DNA of 63,549 nucleotides from Eubacteriales bacterium. GTDB taxonomy: Bacteria > Bacillota > Clostridia > Oscillospirales > CAG-272. Positions 38,808 to 48,828 of this stretch are shown here, in pieces; position 1 is the stretch's first letter; each line of letters opens with the position of its first letter. The stretch covers positions 1 through 63,549 of the forward strand of contig JAZUBI010000128.1 in assembly GCA_045638385.1 (NCBI GenBank), read 5' to 3'. Under the pieces are notes generated by a model. That model saw only the letters and a program-made list of their open reading frames with translations. It made no database searches and was not told where the DNA came from. The translations under genes and the position numbers were made by a program.

Positions 38808-39596
38808 ATGAGAGCGCAAATGAAGCTTTTTATGAAAACCGAAAAATTTGACCTCGGATATTCGGAGGGCGACACAAATAACGCCACCCTTCGCGAAAAT
38901 CATTGCCATATCCGATTCGAGCTCATATCGGTAATGAGCGGAAGCATAGATATTATGGTCGAGGGACGCACCTACCGTTGCTCAAAGGGTGAGAGCGCGG
39001 TCATCGCGCCGCTGACCTATCATAGCGTCACAGTAACGAATAATAGCGAATATAAACGAATAACCGCGCTTTTCGATGCCTCTGTCCTGCCCGAAGCGAT
39101 AGCGAAAAGGCTCGCAGACGAATCAAGCGAAGCGCCAATATTCCACCATAGCTCCTTCTACTCTCTTTCAGAGGATCTTATGCGCGTGATAACGGGAGGA
39201 GACGGCGAGAATTATTCTCCCCTTGCAGATGCGATAGCAATAAAAATGCTCTATACCTGCGCAGACGGAAAACACGCAAAGCAAAGCGAGGATGCCAAAT
39301 CAAGCGAAGGACTGCTTGAGCGCGTGATACGCTATATAGACGCAAACATCGAGAAGAAGCTCACGCTTGACGGGATCGCGCAAGCGCATTTCATCTCCCG
39401 CTCCTCGCTCTGCCATATTTTTTCGGAGCGCATGCAGATCTCGCCAAAGCAGTACATCATACAAAAGAAGATGGCATACGCCTCAATGCTCATGGCGAAC
39501 GGCGCCTCCGCCACCCACGCCGCCCGCACCGTGGGATATGATAATTACAGCAATTTTTACCGAATGTACAAAAAAGCAAATATAAAAGAAGACTGA
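38808..39596 (+). CDS. AraC-family transcriptional regulator, divergent from the oxidoreductase operon
   Basis: N-terminal cupin-like domain and a C-terminal double HTH (LTLDGIAQAHFISRSSLCHIF...ISPKQYI). Confidence 0.8.
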   Translation: MRAQMKLFMKTEKFDLGYSEGDTNNATLRENHCHIRFELISVMSGSIDIMVEGRTYRCSKGESAVIAPLTYHSVTVTNNSEYKRITALFDASVLPEAIAKRLADESSEAPIFHHSSFYSLSEDLMRVITGGDGENYSPLADAIAIKMLYTCADGKHAKQSEDAKSSEGLLERVIRYIDANIEKKLTLDGIAQAHFISRSSLCHIFSERMQISPKQYIIQKKMAYASMLMANGASATHAARTVGYDNYSNFYRMYKKANIKED

Positions 39597-39764
39597 TAAG
39601 GCTCCCTTTCCCCACAGAAAGATAATTTCCGATTGAGACATAAATCCGGCCGAAAGTACAAAAACAAATTTAAATTTAAAATCTTTAAAATAGGTATTGA
39701 TTTTTTGTTATAATTGTGATATAATAATCTGGTCGTTAAAATAACCGCTAAATTCTACCGAGAG

Positions 39765-39793
39765 TAATCATATACGGAGAGATATCGAAGTGG
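39765..39793 (+). repeat. 29-nt duplicate of the tRNA-Ser 5' flank plus its first 18 nt
   Basis: taatcatatacggagagatatcgaagtgg is identical at 39765-39793 and 39954-39982, separated by a 160-nt hairpin-rich insert. Confidence 0.85.
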
Positions 39794-39964
39794 GGACGTT
39801 TGCGAGCGCTGCCTGTGGCAGATCAAGCGAGCAATAAGGAGTGGCAGCGGTCGAAATTTTGTGAGCTCAGCGAGCAAAAAATTTCGGGCACCGCAACAGG
39901 ACATAACGGGCGCCCCGCAAGATAAATTACAAAAATTAGACTCTATTGGAGTTTAATCATATAC

Positions 39965-40053
39965 GGAGAGATATCGAAGTGGTCATAACGGGGCTGACTC
40001 GAAATCAGTTTGTGCGCAAGCACACGAGGGTTCGAATCCCTCTCTCTCCGCCA
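39965..40053 (+). tRNA. tRNA-Ser (anticodon CGA)
   Basis: Acceptor GGAGAGA/TCTCTCC, anticodon loop CTCGAAA, long variable arm, T-arm GAGGGTTCGAATCCCTC and an encoded CCA. Confidence 0.9.
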
Positions 40054-40055
40054 AT

Positions 40056-40089
40056 GCAAAAAGGGATGCTGTGTGCATCCCTTTTCTGC
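40056..40089 (+). terminator. tRNA-Ser terminator
   Basis: aaagggatgc/gcatcccttt stem followed by tctgc. Confidence 0.65.
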
Positions 40090-40146
40090 GTTGTGGGGGG
40101 AGAGGGTAAGGAGAACTCGATCTCCAAGGCGCAAGGCTTGGAATTA

Positions 40147-40208
40147 GGTTCAGAATCCCTCTCTCTCCGCCAATGCAAAAAGGGATGCTGCAAGCATCCC
40201 TTTTCTGC
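40147..40208 (+). repeat. Duplicate of the tRNA-Ser 3' end plus its terminator
   Basis: GGTTCAGAATCCCTCTCTCTCCGCCA plus a terminator copy. It differs from the gene (40029-40089) by an inserted A in the T-loop and by loop changes in the terminator. Confidence 0.85.
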
Positions 40209-40431
40209 ATTCCGGGGAAAGGGTAAGGAGCACTCTCTTTCCGCCTCAAAAGCCTAAATTGAATTTTGCGTTCGGTATATTTATTTTAAAAATATAAGCG
40301 CACAGCAAAATTGTATTATTTTTTCTTGCGTTTTTAATAATCTTTGCAATTTGTAACACATTTGTAACGTATCACATGTTATAATAACATCACATAAGAC
40401 ATCTTTTCAGAAAGGATTGAGAAACACAAAT

Positions 40432-41406
40432 ATGTCATACACAAACATTTTAAACGAACTCAGCCAAAAAAACCGTTTCGAATACAAACACAAAGCCATC
40501 TATAAACAAGTAAAACAGGCTATGAAAAAGCAAGGCGAATTGCGTGAACAAGCCTTGCGAGAGGTTCTTAAATCCTCTTTCCGCAAGGAAGCAGAGCGAT
40601 ATGAGCCCATGCGTCAAAAGCTTGTTTCAGATCTGTATGATTTAGATGGAAATGAAGCATACCAAGCTGATATGGCAATAAGAGGTATGGCAAGACCCGC
40701 GCAGTTCCTTGAACAGTTTGCCGAGATTGTCGGAGCTATGGCAAAGGATATCGACGCAACCTATACCCCCCGGAACATGCTTGGCTTGACCGCACAAGAC
40801 GCAAAAAATCTCGTCGGACATCAGCTTAATAGCTACACCCTCTTAGATGAAACAATGTATTCCTTTAAGAAATACGGTTATGAAGAGGCGCACAGAACAA
40901 TTGAAACCATAAGAGTAGATTCTCTTACCGGAGAAACCCGTGACTACGCCACCACCGATGACGAGCACAAAGCGGGCATGCACGACACCTATATGCGCAA
41001 GGAGGCGGTTAAAAAGGAGCTTAAAGACAACGGATTCTTCTGGAGATTGATCCACCGCTCCGAGGTAAAACAAATGCGCAACTATATTAAAGCTGCCGAA
41101 GACGCTCTCAAAGAGGTAAAATATACCAAGCAAGCCGCTAAGGAAGCAGAGTACGCATTCTCAAAATCCGCTGCAATAGAAACAGAATACGAAAAAGCAT
41201 ATAACTTCATTGACGATATCTACAAGAAACAGTTGGCTAACGAAAACCTTCCCAATATGGCTGACGGAGAATTGGTCCAACCAACTGAAAATAAAGATCA
41301 ACATGAGAAAGTGGATCTCACCGACGAGTTTAAGGAAGATAAGAAAATTCAAAAATCCGAAATGGTTCCGGACGCTCCCGAAACACACAAGGATTTAAAC
41401 ATATAA
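40432..41406 (+). CDS. Hypothetical 324-aa charged, helical protein
   Basis: ATG 40432. K/E-rich with no recognisable motif. Lies in an AT-rich patch next to the tRNA-Ser duplications. Confidence 0.55.
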   Translation: MSYTNILNELSQKNRFEYKHKAIYKQVKQAMKKQGELREQALREVLKSSFRKEAERYEPMRQKLVSDLYDLDGNEAYQADMAIRGMARPAQFLEQFAEIVGAMAKDIDATYTPRNMLGLTAQDAKNLVGHQLNSYTLLDETMYSFKKYGYEEAHRTIETIRVDSLTGETRDYATTDDEHKAGMHDTYMRKEAVKKELKDNGFFWRLIHRSEVKQMRNYIKAAEDALKEVKYTKQAAKEAEYAFSKSAAIETEYEKAYNFIDDIYKKQLANENLPNMADGELVQPTENKDQHEKVDLTDEFKEDKKIQKSEMVPDAPETHKDLNI

Positions 41407-41633
41407 TTTTTTAAATCCTCGAACGTTAGTAAATACATCAATAAAATTCATTGCAATAGGTGTTCAGAAGTCTTTTAAAAACAGTGAATCACGTGTCAAA
41501 TCTAAAATGCTTGCTTGTAAAAAATTTTTCCCTACCGTAGAGATTGAAAAAATTCAAATACGAGGTTGCGTTTTCATCCACTCCGTGGTATAATATAGCT
41601 TAGTAAAAACACAATTCGGAGCAAACTCACATC

Positions 41634-42659
41634 ATGAACACAAAATTAAAAGACAAAGGATTATTTATATTGGGCATAGTCATCTGCTTTGCGGTGGCTG
41701 CACTGTCAATCCTTGTTGAAAGCCTCATCCCCGGAGAGATACTCGGCGCATCTATAATCGCATTGTTTATGGGTACTGCCATCAACAGCTTTTTCCACCC
41801 TAAATGGATAAAGCCCTCTCTCAAATTCACATCCAAAAAAATCCTGAAGGTGGCAATTATACTTTTAGGCGCATCTCTCTCAATCAAAACTATCATGTCG
41901 GTTGGCAAGATGACCTTTTTCGTAATGATTTTCACCTTCGCCGTCTGCTTTGGAGGAGGATACTTCATCCGAAAGATATTCAAGCTTAATTGGAAGCTTA
42001 GTAACCTGATATCCGCAGGCACGGGAATTTGCGGAGGCTCAGCCGTGGCGGCGATCGCCCCCGTAATTGACGCGGAGGATAAGGATATCGCCTTTGCAAT
42101 GTCATCTACATTCATTTTCGACATGGTAATGGTTGCCCTGTATCCCATCATGGGACGTGCAATGCAAATGGCAGACATCGCATACGGTATATGGGCAGGA
42201 ACAAGCGTAAATGACACCGCCAGTGTCGTAGCCTCGGGATATGCCTTTTCTGAAGCCGCAGGCGACTTTGCAACAATGGTCAAGCTTACACGAACTATCG
42301 CAATAATCCCCACTGTTCTGGTATTCGCATATATAGGAATGCGTATGAAGCATAAGGAGCAGAAGGCAGTCGAGGGCGAAAAAAAGGTCAAATTGGTCAA
42401 GATAATTCCCTGGTTCATCGGTGGATTCTTGCTTTTGGCTGTACTGAACAGCGTTGGATTCATTCCTGCTGTGGCATCTTCAATATTTAAAAGCACAAGC
42501 AAATTTCTTATGGTGAGCGCATTGGCTGCGATTGGATTGAATACAAGTCTCATCGACTTTAAAAACGCAGGCCTCCGACCAATGTTTTACGGAATTACAA
42601 TCGATACACTGGTAACACTCACCGCGCTGATCGTAATAATTTGCATGGGATTAATGTGA
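41634..42659 (+). CDS. YeiH/UPF0324-family membrane protein (putative sulfate exporter family transporter)
   Basis: 341 aa with about 10 TM helices. Overall pattern resembles YeiH-type proteins. Confidence 0.75.
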   Translation: MNTKLKDKGLFILGIVICFAVAALSILVESLIPGEILGASIIALFMGTAINSFFHPKWIKPSLKFTSKKILKVAIILLGASLSIKTIMSVGKMTFFVMIFTFAVCFGGGYFIRKIFKLNWKLSNLISAGTGICGGSAVAAIAPVIDAEDKDIAFAMSSTFIFDMVMVALYPIMGRAMQMADIAYGIWAGTSVNDTASVVASGYAFSEAAGDFATMVKLTRTIAIIPTVLVFAYIGMRMKHKEQKAVEGEKKVKLVKIIPWFIGGFLLLAVLNSVGFIPAVASSIFKSTSKFLMVSALAAIGLNTSLIDFKNAGLRPMFYGITIDTLVTLTALIVIICMGLM

Positions 42660-42757
42660 TTATCCTACCGTTAAAAAAGCTTCAATTATCGTATTATGCC
42701 TTTTTTAAGAAGGTATTAAAAAAGACCGCCTCAATCAGAAGCGGTCTTACTTATTCA

Positions 42758-43966
42758 TCAGAACGCAAACTGGAATACGCAGAATGCCGCGTATACGCCG
42801 AGTAGCGTTATTCCCTGCCAGCGCGAAAGCTTTCCGCGGATAAGCGCAGGAATCGTCATAAGAGCCATTACAGCAAACATTACAGGAATATCTACGACGA
42901 GTGAAGCATTCATTCCCTGAACTACCTTCTCCGAGGGAACTGCGAAGGGAGAAATCGTAACCGCGGCACCGCTTACAAGCACGAGATTGAAGATATTAGC
43001 ACCGATAATGTTACCGAGCGAGAGTGCGCTGTGACCCTTTGCAAGAGCAGTAACAGCGGTTACAAGCTCAGGCAAGGATGTTCCGAGAGCAACAAAGGTA
43101 AGCGCGATAACCGAGCTGGGAACGCCAACCTTTTCAGCGATGATCGTACCGTTGTCAACAAGCAGAGTCGCGCCAATAGCAATTACAGCCGCACCGAGAA
43201 TAAGGAACAAAACGTTCGAATTAAGGATGCCCAATCCCTTGCGCGCAATAGTCTTTGCAATACCGATAGCAAGGAAAATTGCACCGAGCACGGCATTGAG
43301 ATAGAATCCAACAAACGCCATAAAGTCAGAAACGTCTGTCAAAAGTCCGCCTGCGGAAATCACGTTAATTACCCATACCGCAAGAAGACCGACACCAACG
43401 AGAAGGAATCCAACAAAGTCTCCGATAGAGCTCTGATTCTCTTCCTCAACCTCGTTCTCAAGAGCCTCTGCAACGACCTCGCCCGTGATCTCTTCCTTAG
43501 GCTTTCTGTCTCTGAATGCCTGAATGATAAGAACGGTCATGTAAGCCGCAAAGCCGCAAAGAAGAACGATGCCGACTAAGCGCGAGAACTCACCGAAGAA
43601 ATAGGAAACGAAGGCATAGAAAGCAGCCGCGCAGAAGAAAGCAATAACGGGGAAACGAAGCGATTTCTTGTCAACCTTGGACGGACGGATCGCGATAGTC
43701 AAAGCCGCAATAAGCGACGTATTGCAAATGATAGAGCCGATAGCGTTACCGTAGGCCATTGCGCCGTTGCCTTGCATAGCGCCGGTAGCGGACACCATTA
43801 CCTCAGGCAGGGTCGTACCGATAGAAACAACGGTAGCACCTATAAGGATTTCGGGAATGTGGAAGCGATGAGCAATGCCTGTCGCTCCGTCAACGAACCA
43901 GTCACCACCCTTAATAAGGAGGATAAGACCGATCGAGAATAAAATAATTGGAATCAAAAGCTCCAT
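42758..43966 (-). CDS. Ca2+/Na+ antiporter (CaCA family, YrbG-like)
   Basis: Two alpha-repeat motifs, GTTLPE and GTSLPEL, in the N- and C-terminal halves. Confidence 0.85.
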   Translation of the reverse strand: MELLIPIILFSIGLILLIKGGDWFVDGATGIAHRFHIPEILIGATVVSIGTTLPEVMVSATGAMQGNGAMAYGNAIGSIICNTSLIAALTIAIRPSKVDKKSLRFPVIAFFCAAAFYAFVSYFFGEFSRLVGIVLLCGFAAYMTVLIIQAFRDRKPKEEITGEVVAEALENEVEEENQSSIGDFVGFLLVGVGLLAVWVINVISAGGLLTDVSDFMAFVGFYLNAVLGAIFLAIGIAKTIARKGLGILNSNVLFLILGAAVIAIGATLLVDNGTIIAEKVGVPSSVIALTFVALGTSLPELVTAVTALAKGHSALSLGNIIGANIFNLVLVSGAAVTISPFAVPSEKVVQGMNASLVVDIPVMFAVMALMTIPALIRGKLSRWQGITLLGVYAAFCVFQFAF

Positions 43967-44163
43967 AACTGTCTCCTTTCAAAAAGAGAAAAAATCATAC
44001 AGACGATATTATATCATAAAATATATGTAGTGTCAAGGGCATTCGGAGCGAATACGAGCAAAAGATAAAGAAAAATATTTTTTCTTTTGTGCAATATTTT
44101 GCCATTCCACCTTGACAAAACGCGCTTTGTGTGTTATCATATCAAATGGTAATAATAAACCAC

Positions 44164-44252
44164 GCCGGAATGGCGGAATAGGCAGACGCCCGGGACTTAA
44201 AATCCCGTGGTACGAAAGTACCGTGCCGGTTCGAGACCGGCTTCCGGCACCA
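44164..44252 (+). tRNA. tRNA-Leu (anticodon TAA)
   Basis: Acceptor GCCGGAA/TTCCGGC, anticodon loop CTTAAAA, long variable arm, T-arm GCCGGTTCGAGACCGGC and an encoded CCA. Confidence 0.9.
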
Positions 44253-44253
44253 T

Positions 44254-44292
44254 AATGAGAGAGGGGTTCGCATCGCGAACCCCTCTCTCATT
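44254..44292 (+). terminator. tRNA-Leu terminator
   Basis: About 17-bp stem aatgagagaggggttcg / cgaacccctctctcatt. Confidence 0.7.
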
Positions 44293-44299
44293 ATGCTCC

Positions 44300-44580
44300 C
44301 GACCCCACCGTCGCTGAACCGCTCGCGCAAAGCGCGATCAATGTGCGCCAAAATCACCCAAAACCTAAACCAACATCGGCGCACATGTTCGGTTCAGAGA
44401 CCGGCGGTCTCCACCTCCCTGAAAACCCCTCAAACCGCTCGCGCAAAGCGCGATCAATGTGCGCCAAAATCGCTCCAAATCCAAAACAAACCTCGGCGCA
44501 CATGTTCGGTTCAGAGACTGGCTTTCCCTCTCCGCTATTTTGCTACCGAACTTCCCGTCGCTGAACCGCTCCCCTAAGCC
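44300..44580 (+). repeat. About 116-bp tandem units (2+ copies), each ending in a tRNA-Leu T-arm-like GGTTCAGAGAC(C/T)GG
   Basis: Units start at 44317 and 44433 (aaccgctcgcgcaaagcgcgatcaatgtgcgcc...). T-arm-like ends lie at 44391-44404 and 44508-44521. Confidence 0.8.
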
Positions 44581-44801
44581 TTCTCTTGTGAGAGAAGGTG
44601 TCGGCGTAGCCGACGGATGAGTAGAATACGCCACCGTGTCTACCGTTAATCACGCGTGAGCACAAATGTCTCCACCCAATCTCCGTACTCTTCCCTTTTC
44701 ACGTTACTTTCCCTCAACAGCAAGTAAAGCCAACACGCTTTCCTCGCCCGGCAATAAATTAAGGTTGCTTAACATAATTAAGCAACCTTAATTTATTTAT
44801 A

Positions 44802-45650
44802 TCACTCCTCAGCCCCAATACCCTCAAAAATCGGGCATTCGCCAAGCTCGTGAGCCTTGTCAAGCGACTCTCGGCTCCTAACCGTCCAAACAAATTTGGG
44901 CGTCTTGTATAGCCTTGTTGTCACCCTTACAAAGAATGACTCCCTGTATCTTTCATCGTACGCAATGAAATTCGGCTTGCAAAGGAAGTTCAGCGCCATA
45001 AGCGTGACCGCCACGTTGATAACGTCGGCTTTTCTCTTCTCCTTTATCGCATTAGTATAAAGCAATCCGCAAAAAACATCGGGAAAAAGCTTTCTCATCT
45101 GCTTTACAAGCAAGGGATTGAAGGATTCTATGCAAAAGCTTCCGTCATATTTTGAAAGGATCTCCGCAACCTTTGGACAGAGCGAGGTGTCAAAGCTCTC
45201 GCCCTTCAATTCAACAAGTATCGGCACACGACCGCCAACAAGCTCAAGCACCTCTTTAAAGGTAGGTATTCTCTGCTCCGTGCCGCCGAGCCTCAGCTTA
45301 ATGAGCTCTAAGGAATCCAGCTCGCAAAGCTTTTTGTCAACCCCGGTCATTCGTGTCAGAGTGTAATCATGGAAAACCATGACCTCTCCGTCCTTCGATA
45401 GCTGAACGTCGAGCTCGATTCCGTGTCCTGCCATGCATGCAAGCTCAAAAGCCTCAAGGGAGTTTTCGGGGACACTGCTTCCGTGAAGCCCCCTGTGCGC
45501 GTAGTCACAGATCAGAGCCTTATCCGCGCACGCTCTGCCGCTCGGACGAACGAGCACCAAAAGATATACGAGAAAAAGAATAAGCGCAAGCGAGAGAAGC
45601 GAGCCGAATATTATCAATAAAGCAATAACTATCCCGGGCATATCAATCAT
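44802..45650 (-). CDS. Glycerophosphodiester phosphodiesterase (membrane-anchored)
   Basis: N-terminal TM helix, then AHRGL...PENSLEAF and GIELDV motifs. Confidence 0.85.
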   Translation of the reverse strand: MIDMPGIVIALLIIFGSLLSLALILFLVYLLVLVRPSGRACADKALICDYAHRGLHGSSVPENSLEAFELACMAGHGIELDVQLSKDGEVMVFHDYTLTRMTGVDKKLCELDSLELIKLRLGGTEQRIPTFKEVLELVGGRVPILVELKGESFDTSLCPKVAEILSKYDGSFCIESFNPLLVKQMRKLFPDVFCGLLYTNAIKEKRKADVINVAVTLMALNFLCKPNFIAYDERYRESFFVRVTTRLYKTPKFVWTVRSRESLDKAHELGECPIFEGIGAEE

Positions 45651-47034
45651 CTACGTCAAGGCTCTCAAGAGCGCTCTTTTTAGGCATCGGTTTAGCATCT
45701 CCGTGCTTAACGAAGAGCATCGTAACAAAGGAAAGCGCAACGAATACGGTACCGAACGAGAAGAACATCAATCTCATACCAAAGGCATCGTAAAGCGCTC
45801 CCGAAAGAATAGGAGCAACTATCTGCGCCGACATAGAAGCGGTATAATAATATCCGGTGTATTTGCCAACGTCTCCGCCCCTCGCAAGCTCAACCACCAT
45901 CGGGAATGAGTTTACGTTAATGGTAGCCCAGCCGATTCCGGCGAGAATAAAGACGGGATACATAACGAATTCGGGCGTGGTCGACTCAATAAAGTTTCCG
46001 ATAAAGAATGCGGACGCAAGCAGGATAACACCGGCGAGAATAGTCTTTCTTCGTCCGATCCTTGAAGCGATTATTCCAACGGGAATATAGGTCACAACCG
46101 CCGCCGCCTGAGCAATAATAAGCGTCAGATTGAAATCAAAATGCAGCTCGTTTGTCGCGTATACCGAATATTTGCTTGTAATCGAGTTGTAGCCGATATA
46201 CCAAAGCGCAACCGAAGCAAGTATCAAAAGCAAGGATGCAAGCTCGCCTTTGGAGAGCTTTTTCTTATCTCCGCCGTCCTCCTGAATCTCATCCGAAAGC
46301 CCAAGTCGAACGGTGTCCGCCTCCATCTCCTCTGCCCACTGCTTTTCCTTAACGCTGATCATAAATATAACAAGTCCGGTCAGCATTATTGCAACGACGG
46401 CGATAACGTAAGGCGTGTACTGCATATAGTGATCCTTCGAGGTCGCGAAAATAATACCGAGGCCCAAAACGAGAATACCACCCGCAGTTCCCATAAGATT
46501 GATTATAGCATTTCCCTTTGAACGTAAGGGCTTTACCGTCACGTCAGGCATAAGCGCGACCGCAGGAGAGCGGAAGGTAGCCATAGCGATAAGCACCACG
46601 AGCAAGGTTCCGATAAATCCGATCAAGGGGAGCGGATTTTCGATTGTAAGCCTTAGCGCAAGCTCAACCGCCGCATCGGTTTGCTCAGCCGCGGCAAGCT
46701 CGGGAGCGCCCGCACTGATAACGTTTGCGAGCTGATAATTGTCAACAAACGTGAGCGCAATAAAGGCAATGACGGCAACTATAGTTCCGAAAAACACAAA
46801 CGGAGTTCTTCTGCCGTATCTCGTGTTGATCTTGTCGGAAAGCGCACCGAATATGGGGAGCAGGAACACCGCAAGCACGTTGTCGATCGACATGACCGCG
46901 CCCGAGGCTGTCTGCGGCAAACCGAAATGGTTTGTAAGGATCAGCGGAACAATCGCGTCATAAGCCTGCCAAAAGGCAGAGATCAGAAAGAATGCAAATC
47001 CGACAAGTATCGTGCGTTTATAATTTAGTTTCAT
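45643..47034 (-). CDS. MFS/GPH-type transporter
   Basis: 463 aa with about 12 TM helices and a central hydrophilic loop. 8-nt overlap with the downstream GDPD gene. Confidence 0.8.
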   Translation of the reverse strand: MKLNYKRTILVGFAFFLISAFWQAYDAIVPLILTNHFGLPQTASGAVMSIDNVLAVFLLPIFGALSDKINTRYGRRTPFVFFGTIVAVIAFIALTFVDNYQLANVISAGAPELAAAEQTDAAVELALRLTIENPLPLIGFIGTLLVVLIAMATFRSPAVALMPDVTVKPLRSKGNAIINLMGTAGGILVLGLGIIFATSKDHYMQYTPYVIAVVAIMLTGLVIFMISVKEKQWAEEMEADTVRLGLSDEIQEDGGDKKKLSKGELASLLLILASVALWYIGYNSITSKYSVYATNELHFDFNLTLIIAQAAAVVTYIPVGIIASRIGRRKTILAGVILLASAFFIGNFIESTTPEFVMYPVFILAGIGWATINVNSFPMVVELARGGDVGKYTGYYYTASMSAQIVAPILSGALYDAFGMRLMFFSFGTVFVALSFVTMLFVKHGDAKPMPKKSALESLDVDD

Positions 47035-47056
47035 ATAAAATCCTCTGCGTTATCTT

Positions 47057-48481
47057 TTATAAGTTAAAGTATTTATCGTATTCCGCGGGATGAGGGATCT
47101 TCGAGAGCTCGGAGCACTCTGCCCTCTTGGTCTTTATAAAGCCGGCAATAAGCTCCTCGGGGAAAACGCCGTCAGCTGTGAGGTAAGCGTGATCAGCCTC
47201 AAGCGCGTCAAGCGCGCCCTCAAGCGACGTGGGAAGACCCTTTAGCTTTGCCTTTTCCTCCTCGGGAAGATGGAAGAGATTGAAGTCGTAAGGACCCCAG
47301 CCCTCTGCATGGGGATCGATCTTGTTCTTGATTCCGTCAAGTCCCGCCATAAGGATAGCCGCATAGCAGAAATAGGGATTGCAGGTCGCATCGGGGTTGC
47401 GAAGCTCAAAGCGGCGCTTCTCGGGGCTCTTTGCATATGCGGGGATTCTGATAACCGCGCTTCTGTTCGAGGTAGCGTAGCCAACGGTAACAGGCGCTTC
47501 AAATCCGGGAACAAGTCTCTTAAAGGAGTTTGTCGAGGGATTGGTGAGAGCGCAAAGAGAGGCGATGTGCTTCAAAAGTCCGCCCATAAAGTAGTGCGCA
47601 GTCTCTGAAAGATGAGCATATCCGTTGTCGTCCGAGAAAACGGGCTGACCGTCCTTCAAAAGAAGCATGTGAACGTGCATTCCGCTTCCCGCCTCGCCGT
47701 AGATGGGCTTGGGCATAAAGGTAGCGGTCTTGTTGTACTTGAGGGCGGTGTTGTGAATGATGTACTTGATCATCATCGTCGCGTCAGCCATGTGAACGAC
47801 CTCGCCAAGCTGAGGCTCGATCTCAAACTGACCCGATGCAGCAACCTCGGGGTGATGGTAGTTTATCTCAATGCCCGCGTCAAGCATGTGCATGCACATC
47901 TCGCTGCGACACTCGTAGGAAATATCAAAGGGCTTTGCAATGTGGTAATTCTTCTGCTTGGAAACGACCACGCCAAGACCCTCTGTCGCGCTGTTCCAAT
48001 AGGACTGCTTAGCGTCTATCGTCGCGCTGACCTCGTTTCCGCTGACGTTCCAGCCCGCGCGGTCGAAGAGATAGAACTCAAATTCGGGGAGAATGAGCAT
48101 AGTATCTGCAACACCGCTCTTTTTCATAGAGTCAACGGCGGCCTTGATAATGTTTCGGGGATACTGAGGCAAGGGACGGTTTTCGGGCGTATCGATTATC
48201 ATCGCGTTACCCGTCATAGAAAGCGTGGGGATGGTGCAGAAGGGATCGATAACCGCAGTGTCGGGATCGGGAATAAACACCATGTCGCTCTTCTCTACCA
48301 CCGCGTAGCCGTAGTTAGAGGCATCGAAGCCGATACCGCTCTTCATGGTGTCCTCGGAGAAATTCTTTGCGGGAATAGTCACGTGACGGTATTGACCGTT
48401 AATGTCAACCATCTTAAAGTCAACCATTTCAATATTTTTCTCTCTTATAATGTTGAGAATATCACTTACTGTCTTGCTCAT
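47057..48481 (-). CDS. glnA: Glutamine synthetase
   Basis: 474 aa. N-terminal beta-grasp region (VDFKMVDINGQYRHVTIP) and a catalytic domain with GSGMHVHMLL and NPYF motifs. Confidence 0.9.
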   Translation of the reverse strand: MSKTVSDILNIIREKNIEMVDFKMVDINGQYRHVTIPAKNFSEDTMKSGIGFDASNYGYAVVEKSDMVFIPDPDTAVIDPFCTIPTLSMTGNAMIIDTPENRPLPQYPRNIIKAAVDSMKKSGVADTMLILPEFEFYLFDRAGWNVSGNEVSATIDAKQSYWNSATEGLGVVVSKQKNYHIAKPFDISYECRSEMCMHMLDAGIEINYHHPEVAASGQFEIEPQLGEVVHMADATMMIKYIIHNTALKYNKTATFMPKPIYGEAGSGMHVHMLLLKDGQPVFSDDNGYAHLSETAHYFMGGLLKHIASLCALTNPSTNSFKRLVPGFEAPVTVGYATSNRSAVIRIPAYAKSPEKRRFELRNPDATCNPYFCYAAILMAGLDGIKNKIDPHAEGWGPYDFNLFHLPEEEKAKLKGLPTSLEGALDALEADHAYLTADGVFPEELIAGFIKTKRAECSELSKIPHPAEYDKYFNL

Positions 48482-48828
48482 TGTCGTCTCCTTTTTAATA
48501 TTTTAGAGTTTTACAGTATTATCATACACTATTTTCCGTAAAATTTCAAGAGGAATACAGTTTTTATTTCTTTTCACATCGATTTTTCCGCAAAACCGCC
48601 AAAAAGGACACCTCTCGGTGTCCTTTGGCGTATAATTATACTACTTCAAATACGGTATCCTTCAATCCAAGCACTGCATAACCCTATCTCCGTACGGAGC
48701 AGTCGCCCAGAATAACGAGAATAAACCCGCAAAACGCACAGCTTCTCAGAATTTTCATTGCCACAGCTTCCTATTTTTTACCCCTAAAGATCTATTTTGA
48801 AAATTACATCTTCAAAATTTCAACCCGA

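Noticed and set aside
39943-40257. ORFs of 60-103 aa overlapping tRNA-Ser and its duplicated 3' end
   Set aside because: The sequence is fully explained by the tRNA gene, its terminator and their tandem copy.
41627-42553. 308-aa minus-strand ORF antisense to the YeiH-family gene. Similar antisense ORFs lie at 26338-27087, 37760-38647, 47612-48541, 57538-58368 and 22698-23387
   Set aside because: In each case the opposite strand encodes a protein with recognisable family motifs. These are long antisense frames favoured by codon composition.
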